Part shown: one piece after another, positions 34,573 to 47,038 of the stretch | How positions within the stretch are numbered: the stretch's first letter is position 1 | Layout: every line of letters begins with the position of its first letter | Origin: Methanobacteriota archaeon | Lineage (GTDB): Archaea > Methanobacteriota > Methanobacteria > Methanobacteriales > Methanobacteriaceae | Assembly: GCA_963787255.1 (NCBI GenBank) | Contig: CAWBCJ010000029.1 | Span: 928,001-992,000 of the forward strand | Length of the DNA stretch: 64,000 nucleotides | Direction of reading: 5' to 3' | Position numbers and translations under genes: made by a program | Notes under the pieces: model-generated | The model's input: only the letters and a program-made list of their open reading frames with translations | Databases searched by the model: none | What the model was told of the DNA's origin: nothing

Positions 34573-34592
34573 AGAAAGGCAAGTGCCTTTCT
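34573..34592 (+). other. Intergenic hairpin between rpl7ae and rps28e
   Basis: AGAAAGGC-aagt-GCCTTTCT perfect 8-bp stem after a T run. Confidence 0.5.
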
Positions 34593-34617
34593 CACTTTAA
34601 TAATTCAGGGTGATTAT

Positions 34618-34824
34618 ATGGCTGAAGCAACTCCTGCTGAAGTAATTGAAGTTCTTAAAAGGACTGGAATGACTGGAGAAGTCATGCAGGTAAAATGTAG
34701 AATACTTGAAGGAAGAGATAAGGGTAGAATATTAACAAGAAACATTATGGGCCCTATAAGGGAAGGCGACATCTTAATGTTACTCGATACAATAAGAGAA
34801 GCTAAAGAAATCCGTACTCCATAA
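34618..34824 (+). CDS. rps28e: 30S ribosomal protein S28e
   Basis: [27 protein letters not shown]. Confidence 0.97.
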   Translation: MAEATPAEVIEVLKRTGMTGEVMQVKCRILEGRDKGRILTRNIMGPIREGDILMLLDTIREAKEIRTP

Positions 34825-34840
34825 TTAGAAGGTGTTTAAT

Positions 34841-35002
34841 ATGAGAACATGTTCATTCTGCGGAGAAGAAATGCAGGAAGGTACAGGAAAGATGTACGTC
34901 AGAAAAGACGGAACTGTATTCTTCTTTTGCAGCAGTAAATGCGAAAAAAATAGAATAAAGCTCGGAAGAGTTCCAAGAAAGGTCAAGTGGGTTAAACAAT
35001 GA
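34841..35002 (+). CDS. rpl24e: 50S ribosomal protein L24e (53 aa, absent from ORF track)
   Basis: Manual translation [31 protein letters not shown]. Confidence 0.95.
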   Translation: MRTCSFCGEEMQEGTGKMYVRKDGTVFFFCSSKCEKNRIKLGRVPRKVKWVKQ

Positions 35003-35454
35003 GTGAAAGGAGTTTTGTGATGCTTAAACCAGATGCCGTACTTAGAAGGCTTATGGGGAAAGTATTAACCAGATTTGAAGAGCGCGGTCTTAAAATAGTC
35101 GCTGCAAAGATGATGGAAATCTCTGAAGATCTTGCAAAAGAACACTACGGAGAACACAAAGAAAAACCTTTCTTTGATGACCTTGTAGGCTACATTACAT
35201 CAGCACCGGTCATTGCAATGGTAATTGAAGGCGACGAATGTATAAGTCTTATAAGGAAAATGGTAGGAGCTACAAACCCTAAAGATGCAGCTCTTGGAAC
35301 CATTAGGGGAGATTATGCACTTGACACAGGTAGGAATATAATTCACGCTTCAGATTCTCCACAATCAGCAAAAAGAGAAATTGCATTGTTTTTTGAGGAC
35401 TCTGAAGTTTGTAAATACACCTTACCCGATGAAAGCTTGATATACGAACAATAA
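34999..35454 (+). CDS. ndk: Nucleoside diphosphate kinase
   Basis: [24 protein letters not shown]. Confidence 0.97.
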   Translation: MSERSFVMLKPDAVLRRLMGKVLTRFEERGLKIVAAKMMEISEDLAKEHYGEHKEKPFFDDLVGYITSAPVIAMVIEGDECISLIRKMVGATNPKDAALGTIRGDYALDTGRNIIHASDSPQSAKREIALFFEDSEVCKYTLPDESLIYEQ

Positions 35455-35488
35455 TTTCTTTTATCTTTACTTTTTAGGGGTTTAAAAA

Positions 35489-37267
35489 TTGAAAATCAGA
35501 TCACCAATAGTTTCTGTTCTGGGACACGTCGATCATGGGAAAACAACCCTCTTAGACTTTATAAGAGGTAGTGTTATCGCTCAAAAAGAAGCTGGCGGAA
35601 TTACACAACACATTGGAGCAACTGAAATTCCAATGGAAGTTGTAGAGAACATTGGTGGCGAATTTCTTAAAAAACTGGATATCAAAGAAACTCTTCCCGG
35701 ACTTTTCTTTATAGATACTCCTGGTCACGAAGCATTTACAACCCTCCGTAAAAGAGGAGGAGCACTTGCTGATCTGGCAATATTAATTGTGGATATTAAC
35801 GAAGGATTCAAGCCACAAACTTACGAGGCTTTGAACATCCTTAAAATGTATAAAACTCCTTTTATAGTTGCAGCAAATAAAATTGACAAGATATTTGGAT
35901 GGCAGCCAACTGAAGGCTCACCATTTCTTCAATCTTTTTCTAAACAACCTCAAAACGTTCAGGAAAAAGTAGATACTGGTCTTTACGAAATTGTTGGAAT
36001 CCTGCATGATGAAGGCTTTGAATCTGAAAGATTTGATAGAATAAGTGACTTTTCAAAACAAATAAGTATAATTCCTATAAGCGCAAAAACAGGCGAAGGC
36101 GTACCTGAACTCTTAGCAATGCTCATGGGACTTGCTAAACAATACTTGAAAGAGCAGCTTAAAATCGAAGAAGATGCTCCAGCAAAAGGAACCATTCTTG
36201 AAGTAAAAGAAGAAGTTGGACTAGGAGTAACCATAGATGCAGTAATTTACGATGGAATACTGAAAAAAGACGATACAATTGCCCTTATGACTATGGACAA
36301 CGTCATAACCACCAGTATAAGGTCACTTTTAAAGCCAAGACCTCTTGAAGAAATCAGGGAATCAAAAAAAAGGTTCCAGAAGGTGGATGAGGTTGTTGCA
36401 GCTGCAGGAATTAAGATAGTAGCTCCAAATATTGAAAATGCTGTTTCAGGATCACCTCTACGTGTTGCACGTGGAAATCTTGAAGATGTAAAAGAAGAAA
36501 TTTTAAAAGAAATTGAAGACATAAAAATAGATACTGACGAACTTGGAATTGTAGTCAAAGCGGATACACTAGGCTCACTAGAAGCACTAGTTAATTTGCT
36601 TAGAGGTATGGAAGTTCCAATAAGGGCAGCAAACATTGGAGATGTCTCCAGAAGAGACGTGGTGGATGCAGCAATCGTTAAAAAAGAAAATCCTCTTTAT
36701 GGGGTTATAGTTGCATTTAATGTAAAAATTCTTCCTTCCGCTGTTCCCGAAATTAAAGCATCAGAACTTAAGCTTTTCTCTGCAAACGTGATATACCAAT
36801 TAACTGAAGACTATCAGGAATGGATAGACGCTGCAAAGGAAGAAAAGAAAAAAGCATATCTTAATGCCATCATAAAACCTGCAAAAATAAGAATAATACC
36901 TAAATTAATCTTTAGAAACAGTAAACCCGCAATAGTTGGTATTGAAGTGCTAAGTGGAACAGTAAAACAGGACTACGGCCTGATAAGAGGAGACGGGTCC
37001 AAAGTTGGAAAGGTTGAAGGAATGCAGGATAAGGGAGAAAACTTAAAATCCGTACCCCGCGGCAAAAAAGTGGCCATGAGCATAAAAGATGCTATATTCG
37101 GCAAGAATTTTGAGGAAGGAGATGTTCTCTACGTGGATATACCTGAAAACCACTATAAAATCCTTGAATCAGAGCTTAAAAACAAGCTCAGCGAGGATGA
37201 GTACGAAACACTCCATGAAATAGTGGACATTAAAAGAAAGGAAAATCCTAATTGGGGAATGTATTAA
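35489..37267 (+). CDS. infB: Translation initiation factor aIF5B (IF-2)
   Basis: [30 protein letters not shown]. Confidence 0.97.
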   Translation: MKIRSPIVSVLGHVDHGKTTLLDFIRGSVIAQKEAGGITQHIGATEIPMEVVENIGGEFLKKLDIKETLPGLFFIDTPGHEAFTTLRKRGGALADLAILIVDINEGFKPQTYEALNILKMYKTPFIVAANKIDKIFGWQPTEGSPFLQSFSKQPQNVQEKVDTGLYEIVGILHDEGFESERFDRISDFSKQISIIPISAKTGEGVPELLAMLMGLAKQYLKEQLKIEEDAPAKGTILEVKEEVGLGVTIDAVIYDGILKKDDTIALMTMDNVITTSIRSLLKPRPLEEIRESKKRFQKVDEVVAAAGIKIVAPNIENAVSGSPLRVARGNLEDVKEEILKEIEDIKIDTDELGIVVKADTLGSLEALVNLLRGMEVPIRAANIGDVSRRDVVDAAIVKKENPLYGVIVAFNVKILPSAVPEIKASELKLFSANVIYQLTEDYQEWIDAAKEEKKKAYLNAIIKPAKIRIIPKLIFRNSKPAIVGIEVLSGTVKQDYGLIRGDGSKVGKVEGMQDKGENLKSVPRGKKVAMSIKDAIFGKNFEEGDVLYVDIPENHYKILESELKNKLSEDEYETLHEIVDIKRKENPNWGMY

Positions 37268-37341
37268 TATATTGAAGTATAATCCAAATTAAACTAATAA
37301 CAACTGGATACACAGTACAAAGATGAGATGGAGGAGATAGA

Positions 37342-37725
37342 TTGGCATTTAAATTAGTTATTTCAGAAGGAGAAAAAAGTCATCAGATAGAAGTGGAACA
37401 GACACAATCAAAAAAATTAGTCGGTTTAAAAATAGGAGACGAAATAGAAGCTTCTATAGTTGGTCTAAATGGATACAAACTTAAAATAACCGGTGGAAGC
37501 GATAAAAATGGTTTCCCCATGAAAAGAGATGTCGACGGGCCAAGAAGAATAAAAAGTCTTCTCTCAGGCGGTCTTGGATTTGAACCAAAAAGAGACGGGC
37601 AGAGAAGAAGAAAAACAGTTCGTGGAAACACCGTATCTGATGATATAGTTCAAATCAATACAATTGTTACAGAAAAAGGCGCTAAAAGTATAGACGAACT
37701 TTTAGGTGCAACTGCAGAAGAATAA
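37342..37725 (+). CDS. rps6e: 30S ribosomal protein S6e
   Basis: [20 protein letters not shown]. Confidence 0.97.
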   Translation: MAFKLVISEGEKSHQIEVEQTQSKKLVGLKIGDEIEASIVGLNGYKLKITGGSDKNGFPMKRDVDGPRRIKSLLSGGLGFEPKRDGQRRRKTVRGNTVSDDIVQINTIVTEKGAKSIDELLGATAEE

Positions 37726-37778
37726 TTAAATCATTAAATCTTATTTAAATATCTTAAAATAATGATTTAGGTGTAATT

Positions 37779-39005
37779 GTGAAAATACAATCTGAAATAA
37801 ATATAGGGCTAGTAGGGCACGTGGATCACGGAAAAACTACGCTAACAAAGGCTCTATCTGGCATATGGACTGATACACACAGCGAAGAAACTAAAAGAGG
37901 AATATCAATAAGGCTGGGTTATGCAGATATAACCTTTAGACAATGTACAGAATGCCCTGCTCCTCAATGCTACACCACCGCCCTTGTGTGCGAACAATGC
38001 GGCAAAGAAACTGAAACATTAAGAAGAGTATCCTTTGTAGATTCTCCCGGGCACGAAACGCTCATGGCTACCATGCTTTCGGGCGCGGCCATAATGGATG
38101 GAGCTGTACTGGTAATTGCGGCCAATGAACCATGTCCCCAGCCCCAGACAAAAGAACATCTTATGGCACTTGATGTTATAGGAGTTAAGGATGTCATAGT
38201 AGTTCAAAATAAAATAGATATAGTATCAAAAGAAAGAGCTATAGAAAGCTACAATGAAATAAAAGAATTTGTACAGGGTACATGCGCAGAAGAAGCCCCT
38301 ATAATACCAATATCGGCACAACAAGGCGCTAATATTGATATTTTAATTGAAGTAATTCAGGAAATGATTAAAACTCCTGAACGTTTACTGGATAAACCTG
38401 CAAGGATGTACGTTGCAAGATCCTTTGATATTAACAAGCCAGGATGCAAACCTGAAAATATTGCCGGTGGAGTAATAGGTGGCTCTCTCATTCAAGGAAA
38501 GCTGAAAATCGGCGATGAACTGGAAATAAAACCAGGTATTCAGATCAAAAATAAGGGAAAAATGGAATGGATGAGTTTGCGTTCTGAGATTGTAGGTTTA
38601 AACACTGCCAACGAGCACGTTGAAGAAGTAAGTTCTGGAGGACTTATTGGTGTTGGAACAACACTGGACCCTGCACTTACTAAAGCAGATTCACTTTCTG
38701 GATCCGTTGCTGGAGAGCCGGGAACTTTACCACCAATCTTACATAAATTCCTCATGGAAACCAAGCTCTTAGAAAGAGTTGTGGGAACCAAGGAAGAGAA
38801 AGCAGTTGATCCAATTAAATCATCAGAACTTCTAATGATAAACATAGGAACTGCAACTACCATTGGTGTTGTTTCAAGCGCTAGGGGAAAAACAGCAGAT
38901 GTAACACTTAAATTACCAGTATGTGCTGAATCCGGCCAAAGAGTAGCTTTAAGCAGGCGTGTCGGTGCAAGATGGAGGTTAATTGGATATGGTATCATCA
39001 AATAA
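37779..39005 (+). CDS. eif2g: Translation initiation factor aIF2 gamma subunit
   Basis: [35 protein letters not shown]. Confidence 0.97.
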   Translation: MKIQSEINIGLVGHVDHGKTTLTKALSGIWTDTHSEETKRGISIRLGYADITFRQCTECPAPQCYTTALVCEQCGKETETLRRVSFVDSPGHETLMATMLSGAAIMDGAVLVIAANEPCPQPQTKEHLMALDVIGVKDVIVVQNKIDIVSKERAIESYNEIKEFVQGTCAEEAPIIPISAQQGANIDILIEVIQEMIKTPERLLDKPARMYVARSFDINKPGCKPENIAGGVIGGSLIQGKLKIGDELEIKPGIQIKNKGKMEWMSLRSEIVGLNTANEHVEEVSSGGLIGVGTTLDPALTKADSLSGSVAGEPGTLPPILHKFLMETKLLERVVGTKEEKAVDPIKSSELLMINIGTATTIGVVSSARGKTADVTLKLPVCAESGQRVALSRRVGARWRLIGYGIIK

Positions 39006-39393
39006 AGAAGCGGTGTTAGATGCAAATTTTTTATGATACCTGCTCAATTTCACGTTGATATATTAACTGAACTTGAGCAAATTATACCCCACTACAAACT
39101 TGTGGTTCCATCATTTGTTATCAAAGAGCTTGAAGAAATAAAAAAAAGAATCAAGGGGTAAAGATAAAATTGCAGCATCAATTGCACTTAAAATAACTGA
39201 ATCCCCTGAAATTAACGTGATGAATGTTAATTTAAAAAGAAATGAGCGGGTTGATGATGCACTTCTCCGCATTTCCAGTGTTTTATGTACTAACGATATT
39301 GGACTTAAAAGAAGGGCAAGAAATAAAGGAATCACCGTCATACATTTACGCCAGAAGAAATATTTGGGTGTTGACGGATATTTAGGTTTATAA
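38989..39393 (+). CDS. Fcf1/Utp24-like PIN-domain protein, interrupted by two frameshifts (absent from ORF track)
   Basis: Manual reconstruction: AVLDANF / [20 protein letters not shown] / ..VDDALL..LCTND..LKRRAR..LRQKKYL; -1 at T run 39027-39032 and +1 within 39140-39150; usual position after eif2g. Confidence 0.85.
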
Positions 39394-39457
39394 ATAAAAT
39401 AATGGATATTCATAATAATTTATAGATTATAACTTGGATAAAATTTGGAGTGATTAT

Positions 39458-39976
39458 ATGAATCTTTGGAAGGATTTAGCGCCAGGACCATCAGTTCCAG
39501 AAGTAGTATACGCAGTAATTGAAATACCAAAAGGATCAAGAAACAAATACGAATACGATAAGGATATGGAAGCATTTGCACTTGATAGGGTACTTTACTC
39601 ACCGTTTTGTTACCCTGCTGAATATGGAATAATTCCACAAACACTATGGGATGATGGAGATCCAATGGACATAATGGTTTTGATGGAGCAACCAACTTTT
39701 CCAGGATGTGTAATTGAAACAAGACCCATTGGAATCATGAGAATGATTGATGGTGAGGATAGCGATGATAAAATATTAAGCGTACCTATTAATGATCCAA
39801 GATTCAAAGATGTTAATGACATTAATGATGTTCCTGAACACTTGTTAAAAGAAATTGCACATTTCTTTAAGGAATACAAGCATCTTGAAGGAAAAACTAC
39901 AGAAGTTCTAGGATGGGAAAACGCTCAAAAAGCATTTGAAGCAATAAAACATTCAATAGAGCTATATAAAAAATAA
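39458..39976 (+). CDS. ppa: Inorganic pyrophosphatase
   Basis: [27 protein letters not shown]. Confidence 0.96.
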   Translation: MNLWKDLAPGPSVPEVVYAVIEIPKGSRNKYEYDKDMEAFALDRVLYSPFCYPAEYGIIPQTLWDDGDPMDIMVLMEQPTFPGCVIETRPIGIMRMIDGEDSDDKILSVPINDPRFKDVNDINDVPEHLLKEIAHFFKEYKHLEGKTTEVLGWENAQKAFEAIKHSIELYKK

Positions 39977-40006
39977 TTTTAATAAATAAACCAAGAGGGT
40001 TTTAAT

Positions 40007-40564
40007 TTGTACTTAATATCAAAAATTAAAGATACTGTAAGAGTCCCACCGACTTTGTTCGAGGAACCAATAGAGGATGTAGCTTTCGAGCTTCTAAACG
40101 AAAACTACGTGGGAACAATCGATAAAAAGATGGGCTTGATGGTTACAGTGAGAGAAGTGGAAGATATAGGCATAGGTAGAGTTATAATGGGTGATGGTGC
40201 AGCATATCATGATGTAACATTCACTGCTCTATTTTTCAAGCCTGATCTTCAAGAAATTGTAGAAGGAGAAGTCATTGAAATTACAGAATTTGGAGCATTT
40301 GTTCGAATGGGGCCTATGGACGGTCTTGTTCACGTTTCCCAGGTTACAGATGATTACATAAATTACGATGCAAAAAGAGGAGCTTTACTTGGTAAAGAGT
40401 CTAAAAAGACACTTGAAGAAGGAAATAAAGTCCGTGCAAGAATCGTAGCATTGAGCCTTAAAGGGAAATCCTCCAAAGAAACCAAAATTGGCCTCACCAT
40501 GAGACAACCGGGTCTTGGAAGAGACGAATGGATTGAAAAAGAGAAAAAGAGGAAGAAGAAATAA
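40007..40564 (+). CDS. rpoE1: RNA polymerase subunit E' (Rpo7)
   Basis: GDGAAY, S1 domain [24 protein letters not shown]. Confidence 0.96.
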   Translation: MYLISKIKDTVRVPPTLFEEPIEDVAFELLNENYVGTIDKKMGLMVTVREVEDIGIGRVIMGDGAAYHDVTFTALFFKPDLQEIVEGEVIEITEFGAFVRMGPMDGLVHVSQVTDDYINYDAKRGALLGKESKKTLEEGNKVRARIVALSLKGKSSKETKIGLTMRQPGLGRDEWIEKEKKRKKK

Positions 40565-40746
40565 TGGTTACTAAAGCATGTACAAGATGTCAAAGAATAA
40601 TGGAAGAAGATAGATGTGGTATATGTAATGTGCCAACTTCCAAGAACTGGAGCGGTTTTTTAATCATAATCGACCCGGAAAATTCAGGTATTGCAAAAGA
40701 ACTTAATATCAGTCTTCCTGGTGAATATGCTTTAAGAGTAAGATAG
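40564..40746 (+). CDS. spt4: Transcription elongation factor Spt4 (RpoE'')
   Basis: ACTRC..CGIC, WSG..IIDPE, PGEYALRV. Confidence 0.95.
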   Translation: MVTKACTRCQRIMEEDRCGICNVPTSKNWSGFLIIIDPENSGIAKELNISLPGEYALRVR

Positions 40747-40771
40747 TTTTATAAGATTTTTAGGTTATAGA

Positions 40772-41269
40772 GTGTTATTATTAAAAAAAGAACGTAGGAA
40801 AATATTTAAAAAACCTTTTGGTAAAATTTATCCTACTTTAAATGATATAAATAGATCAATACTTAAAAATCATTTTACAATCTCTATTGGAGATGAAACA
40901 ACAAATAATCTTTTAAATGCTGATCTAATACCTAAAATCGGCATTATAGATAACATAATTGAAAGAAAAACATCAAAACACAGTATAGAATACAACGCTG
41001 TTACCTTGAATACGGTTAATCCTCCGGGAACAATTACTGACGAACTATGGGCAACAATTCAGAAATCTTTTGATATTGCTCCCAAATCTAATGTTCTAAT
41101 TGTTGTTGAAGGTGAAGAGGATCTGGCAGTTATTCCATGTGTTTTAATGGCTCCTGAAGGTTCCTTAATATTATATGGGCAGCCTGGAGAGGGAGTTGTA
41201 CTTGTTGAAACTGATAAAGTAAAAGAAACAGCAGAAGAAATGCTGGATAACTTTGAGGAGGTCAAATAA
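40772..41269 (+). CDS. GTP-dependent dephospho-CoA kinase (DUF359)
   Basis: IGD, NPPGTIT, VEGEEDL, YGQPGEG. Confidence 0.88.
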   Translation: MLLLKKERRKIFKKPFGKIYPTLNDINRSILKNHFTISIGDETTNNLLNADLIPKIGIIDNIIERKTSKHSIEYNAVTLNTVNPPGTITDELWATIQKSFDIAPKSNVLIVVEGEEDLAVIPCVLMAPEGSLILYGQPGEGVVLVETDKVKETAEEMLDNFEEVK

Positions 41270-41583
41270 TGGAAATTGAAATTAAAGATAAAATTGAAAA
41301 TCCACTTTTAAACAGAACTGAAGTACACTTTGACTGCATATACCAAGGAGAATCTACTCCAAAAGTCATGGATGTTAAAAATAAACTTGTTGCACTATTA
41401 GATGCAGACAAAAATCTTCTTGTAGTTGACAAGGTTTTACCTAAATTTGGAGAAGGTAAGGCTGAAGGATATGCAAAAGTTTACGATTCAGAAGAAAACT
41501 TAAAGAAAATAGAACAAAAACACGTTCTAGACAAAAATCAAGAACCTCAAGAGGGTGAAGAACCTGCGGAGGAAGAACAATGA
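41269..41583 (+). CDS. rps24e: 30S ribosomal protein S24e
   Basis: NPLLNR, FG..GYAKVY. Confidence 0.96.
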   Translation: MEIEIKDKIENPLLNRTEVHFDCIYQGESTPKVMDVKNKLVALLDADKNLLVVDKVLPKFGEGKAEGYAKVYDSEENLKKIEQKHVLDKNQEPQEGEEPAEEEQ

Positions 41584-41735
41584 AGAAATGTGAACTTTAC
41601 GAAGTTAAAGATAACAAAATCGTAAGAAAAAACCCTGAATGTGTTAGATGTTCCCATGGTGTCTTCATGGCTGACCATGGGGATAGATATGCCTGTGGAA
41701 AGTGCGGATACACACAATGGAAAGGTAAAGAATAA
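41580..41735 (+). CDS. rps27ae: 30S ribosomal protein S27ae (51 aa, absent from ORF track)
   Basis: Manual translation [26 protein letters not shown]. Confidence 0.95.
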   Translation: MKKCELYEVKDNKIVRKNPECVRCSHGVFMADHGDRYACGKCGYTQWKGKE

Positions 41736-41772
41736 TTTTTTTTATTTAGTTTTTATTAAAAGGTGAAAAACC

Positions 41773-43176
41773 TTGAATTTAAGATCTGGACGGCTTAAAG
41801 GAAAGATGAGCAGCGAAGCTGCATCTTTTACCTCTTCTTTGGAATTTGACAAACGTATCTTTGATGCAGATGTTGAACTTAACACTGCACATACAACAAT
41901 GCTTTCAAAACAGGGAATAATCCCTGAAAAAACAGCACAAGATATTTTAAATGCTCTTAAAGACCTTAAAGAAGAAGGTATTGAAGCTCTTGACCTTGAT
42001 CCTTCGGTTGAAGATATCCACATGGCTGTTGAAAACTACGTGACTTCTAAAATAGGTGAAAAGGCAGGATACATGCACACTGCCAAATCACGAAATGATC
42101 AGGTGGCTACAGATCTTAGACTTATTTTAAAAAAGGAAATAGAAGGAATAAGTCAATCTATACTTAATTTTATTGAAGAAATCATTAAAATGGCAGATGG
42201 ACATAAAAAAACTATTTTTGTAGGTTATACTCACCTTCAACACGCTCAACCAACTACTTTCGCTCATCATCTGCTTGCTTACGCTAATGCGTTAAGAAGA
42301 GATTATGAAAGGATGAGGGATGCATATAAAAGAGTAGATATGAACCCTTTAGGTTCTGCAGCTATGACCACTACCAGTTTTCCCATTGACCGGGAATTGA
42401 CGACTGAATTACTTGGTTTCAGCAGAATAATGGAGAATTCTATTGATGGTGTAAGTTCAAGGGATTTTATTGCTGAAACGGTGTTTGCGCTTTCAATGCT
42501 TTCCTCAACGCTTAGTAAGATTTGTGAAGAACTTATCATTTGGAGTACATATGAATTTGGAGTTGTTGAAATTGCCTATGAATATTCCTCAACATCTTCA
42601 ATTATGCCTCAAAAGAAGAATCCTGATGTTGCAGAAATTGCAAGGGCAAAAAGTGCAATTCTTACGGGAGAGTTGGTGACTATTATGACCATTTTGAAGG
42701 CGTTACCTTACAGTTATAATCGTGATTTGCAGGAATTAACTCCTCATCTATGGAATTCAGTAGATAATGCTAAATCAATGTTGAGTATAATGAATGGAAT
42801 GTTATCTACAATTACTGTAAATAAAGAACGTGCTGCAGAACTTGCAAAATCCAATTTTGCCACTGCCACCGAGCTAGCAGATATACTAGTTCGTGAAAAA
42901 AGCATGCCTTTTAGGACTGCCCATAAGATAGTTGGAAGAATGGTTACGGAAGCATTGGAGAATAAGATTTCTCTTGATGATATTGATTCAAAGTTTTTAG
43001 ATAATGTTGCTAATGAAGTGATAGGAAAATCGCTTAATCTGGATGATGAATTAATAAGGAAAGCACTGGACCCTTATGAAAATATTAAGGCTCGAACTGT
43101 AATTGGAGGGTCTTCTCCTAAAGCAGTTGAAGGTGCAATTAATAATTTAAGGGAATTTCTGGATGAAGAAAGATAA
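41773..43176 (+). CDS. argH: Argininosuccinate lyase
   Basis: [32 protein letters not shown]. Confidence 0.97.
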   Translation: MNLRSGRLKGKMSSEAASFTSSLEFDKRIFDADVELNTAHTTMLSKQGIIPEKTAQDILNALKDLKEEGIEALDLDPSVEDIHMAVENYVTSKIGEKAGYMHTAKSRNDQVATDLRLILKKEIEGISQSILNFIEEIIKMADGHKKTIFVGYTHLQHAQPTTFAHHLLAYANALRRDYERMRDAYKRVDMNPLGSAAMTTTSFPIDRELTTELLGFSRIMENSIDGVSSRDFIAETVFALSMLSSTLSKICEELIIWSTYEFGVVEIAYEYSSTSSIMPQKKNPDVAEIARAKSAILTGELVTIMTILKALPYSYNRDLQELTPHLWNSVDNAKSMLSIMNGMLSTITVNKERAAELAKSNFATATELADILVREKSMPFRTAHKIVGRMVTEALENKISLDDIDSKFLDNVANEVIGKSLNLDDELIRKALDPYENIKARTVIGGSSPKAVEGAINNLREFLDEER

Positions 43177-43561
43177 ATAAGCATTATTTAATGTTTAGAA
43201 CTTTAATTAACTATTTTCATATTTTTTTAGCATATTTGAGATTTTTTTAGTTTTCTTTTTTTGTGATATATCTCTTTTTGTAATTTTTTTAAAAGAATTA
43301 TTTTTACATTATAAATTTTTCTGAACTTTTAAAATGAGAGTATGCAGGGTCATCTGAATCAAAACTCATTGACGGGGAGGGAAAAATTCACATAGTTAAA
43401 AATTACATTTCTATGAAAAATAATCCCGGTTTAAAACTCTTGAAAAAATTAGATAATCCTAAAACAGCATTAAATTATTTTTTAATTTCATAATACCCTG
43501 TGGATATTATTTGACAATCTTCATAAAATTTATATATGATCTATTACAAAAAGTATTATAC

Positions 43562-43702
43562 ATGAAAAGTGATTCAACACCTCAGTTAATAGGAATAATT
43601 GCAATATTAATTGGTATTTTGATGATAATATATCCGCAGCTTGTGGGATATCTTGTAGGGATTTTCCTAATAGCATATGGAATATTGGAAGTCATTAAAT
43701 AG
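43562..43702 (+). CDS. Small 2-TM protein (DUF3096-like)
   Basis: IIAILIGILMIIYPQLVGYLVGIFLIAYGIL; TTTATATA box about 25 nt upstream of ATG 43562. Confidence 0.75.
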   Translation: MKSDSTPQLIGIIAILIGILMIIYPQLVGYLVGIFLIAYGILEVIK

Positions 43703-43752
43703 ACTAAAATCAGCAGAAACCATTAACTGATTTGTTTTTTATTTTTTAAAAC

Positions 43753-44773
43753 TTAGATAGTTTTCATTATCATTTCCAGAGCTTCGCCTGGTTCTAATAT
43801 ACCTGCACGTGTCTCTCTTAAAACACGCTGTATGGAAAATTTTCGCATATGGGGATATTTTTTATGTACTTCATTAATTAAGGGGCAACCATATCCTCCT
43901 TTTTTCAAAACACCGTATTTTGAGGCAATGTTTTTAATTTCGCCTTTGTTTACTGAAAGCATAGCCGGCAAATTTATTTTAACAATCCCTTCTTCTTGAA
44001 CAATTGATCCCGATCCAGTAGTTAGAAGATCCCCATAAATTAAAAAAGGAACATCAACTTCTTTTGCATAGTCTAAAACAGCTTCTTTAATTACTTTAGA
44101 GCATCTACCGCAGGGATGAAATCTTCCTGCAAGTGAATCTTTTATTATATCATCCATTTCCACTTCTATGTAATGGTGCTTTACGTTGAGTTTACTGGAA
44201 AGTTTTTCCACATTGATCTGGAAATATTTAGGAAGAATTATATTCCCCGGATTAACAGTAACCGCTATAGGGTTAAATCCCATGGCTTTAGCTACTATCA
44301 ATGAAAAACTGCTGTCTACACCACCAGATAATGCTACGACTGCTAAGTTATTATCTTCTTCTTCTTCTTCTAACATCTCCAAAAGAAGCTTCAAAATCAT
44401 AAATATTTTCAATTCTATGGCTTAAAAGTTTAGATAAATTGGTTAGAGGTTTGGAATTACTTAAATCAGAGAATTTTAATAGCTCATTTAATTTATTTGC
44501 AGCTAATTTTATCTTATATTCTTTAAGTAAAATGTCGGGATATGCTTCTACATGAATAGAGTTTATATTTAGTTCTTCTTTAAGTTTTCCAACAACCCAG
44601 CCTCCTTTCCCGATAACGGTTGATTTTTCGGGCCGATCTGAAGTTACAATAAGCATGACTCCACTTTTTTCGTCAAATTTTATGTCTTTAATGGCTGGCT
44701 TAACCTTCTGGTGGCCAATTTCTTCCCTTATTCTGCATATCCTTCTAATTATTTCATCTTTTTCGAATTTCAA
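43753..44773 (-). CDS. KH-domain plus PP-loop ATPase (QueC/ExsB-like), split by a +1 frameshift near 44386
   Basis: [14 protein letters not shown] motif in the 5' ORF; [15 protein letters not shown] and GCPL in the 3' ORF; one-base deletion joins them. Confidence 0.82.
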
Positions 44774-45060
44774 GGTGATTCTCCTTTATAAATAATTATT
44801 TGATAACATTATTTTAAAGTTACTTTAATCATTATTGAATTAAAATTCAATTTATTTATAGTATTTTTATTGTAAACATTTATTGAACTTCAATGGTTCA
44901 TAAAAATAACATGAATAATTGCACTTACTTAATTGGAATTTTATAAATCATTTGCTTTAAAAAGTTTAAAATCTTCATTTATAGGATATTCTTTGGTATT
45001 TTAATATTTTTTTTATTAAATTTAAAATAAATAAAAGAATTAAAAAAAATGCTTTGTTAA

Positions 45061-45516
45061 TTAACGACTATATTTTGCCATTAACTGTCCTTCATCCAGG
45101 ATATTTTCGTTTAAAGCTTTTAAAAAGTCATTTCTTTTAACAGGAGGGTTTAAGTTTAGTGTTTTGTCCAATGCATAAATTCTAAAAAAATATCTGTGAG
45201 CAGGGCCTTCTGGAGGACATGGACCAGTATAACCTGCATATCCATTACTATTTATTCCCTGAATTGCCCCGTTTTCTAGTTTTTCTTTCTTTTCTACATC
45301 AGTTGGAAGTTCCATAACATTTGTAGGAATGTTAAAAATAATCCAGTGAGTAAAAGTTCCTCGAGCGTCTGGATCTTCACATAATATCGCGAAACTTATT
45401 GTATGTTCTGGAAGGGTATCCCAGCGAAGTGGTGGTGAAATATTCATTCCATCGCAGGTATATTTTTCGGGTATTTTTTCTCCATCTTCAAAAGCATCAC
45501 TTCTAATATTTATCAT
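45061..45516 (-). CDS. YbhB/YbcL (PEBP) family protein
   Basis: YTCDG..SPPL, EDPDA..FTHW, YTGPCPP..HRYFF. Confidence 0.92.
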   Translation of the reverse strand: MINIRSDAFEDGEKIPEKYTCDGMNISPPLRWDTLPEHTISFAILCEDPDARGTFTHWIIFNIPTNVMELPTDVEKKEKLENGAIQGINSNGYAGYTGPCPPEGPAHRYFFRIYALDKTLNLNPPVKRNDFLKALNENILDEGQLMAKYSR

Positions 45517-45975
45517 TATATTCATCCTCCTTGTGGTTTATAAATTTAAAAATTATACTGACAATTATTAATATTAATTTATTAATATTTATTATTTTAT
45601 AGTGTGATTATATACACTAAAAGTGTACTAATTGCCATATTATTGTCTCTATTTAGATAATAGTCAATTTTCACTCCCTAAATCATTAATAGGAAATATC
45701 TTTAATAAATTATTACTTTAAAAACGTTATGTGCACTTTTTTTTGAAGGCAATAACTTGGATTTGAAGCTCATTTTGATTTTGAAATTGCACTTGATTTT
45801 AAAACATGATAAAAAATTATAATTACAATCAGTAATGAGAACTAATAGTGGCTTATGACAAATATCAAAATATGAATTAAAATTAAGTCACAATCAAGAT
45901 AAGGATTATCAAAACTCAATATAATCGACAAATTTAAATACTATGGAGTACTAATAATGTATTGAGGTGATATAT

Positions 45976-46191
<216 letters not shown>

Positions 46192-46549
46192 TGTTTTCTT
46201 TTTTTATTTAATTTTTTTTATTTTCAATAAATATACATAGAAAAGTTGAATTATTTTTAGGGTAATACTTTTTAACTGACTCATTAAATTACAAAAAATG
46301 CATTTTAGACTTCAAATTATCCTTTAAAAAAATAATTGTCAAAGGACATTTTTAAATTAATATTCTTATCACTATAAAATAAAAGGATACTAAAACGAAA
46401 TTTATTCACATTAAGCAAACATAAGCAAAAGAATGATTAAACTAGACTTGATAATAAATTATTAATCAGTCAATAAAACTTTTCAAGAAGTAAATAAATG
46501 GAAAAAAAATAATCATTAAACTGCAATATTCAAACGAAAGTCAATTAGA

Positions 46550-46793
46550 AATTATGATTTATCTCCACTTGATGAAAATACACTTAAAGAGATTTATGAT
46601 ATTTAAATAATTTAAAGCCAATTTACAATGACATTAAAACTGAGCTGAAGATTTTATCAACCAATGACGTTAATAAGATGGTAATGAAAAAAGGACCACA
46701 TTATAGTTGCAGAACATTTTAGGATTGGAATCTGAAAATATTAATGAAAAACTAATCTGGAAAGACATGAATATACAGCTTCTTAAAAATTAA
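46550..46793 (+). pseudogene. Possible eroded coding remnant of unknown family
   Basis: Protein-like fragments in shifting frames (YDLSPLDENTLKEIYD; LKPIYNDIKTELKILS; LGLESENINEKLIWKDMNIQLLKN) in an 850-bp gap. Confidence 0.3.
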
Positions 46794-47038
46794 ATAAAAT
46801 TTACTTTTTAGTGAGTTTTAAAGTTCAATGATTTGTTTCTATGCTTTTATATCATAATTTTCTTTTATATGAAATTAGAATCTTTAAAGTAAAAATATAA
46901 ACTATTGATCAAATTTATATAATAATTTGATAAAAATAATAAATAGAAAAATCTATTTTCCCCAAAAAGAGGGAAATAAGCTTATTCATGATTTTAACTG
47001 AATTAATTAAACACTATTAAACTGATTCTGGTGATAAA

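Noticed and set aside
35489-37267. Possible intein in aIF5B or other typical host genes
   Set aside because: Protein lengths are normal and no splicing or LAGLIDADG motifs were seen.
39111-39413. 100-aa minus-strand ORF filling the gap after eif2g
   Set aside because: The plus strand carries the frameshifted PIN gene expected at this position.
44354-44371. (TCT)6 microsatellite beside the KH-PP-loop frameshift as a phase-variation switch
   Set aside because: Trinucleotide units keep the frame; it encodes a poly-Glu linker and the shift maps outside it.
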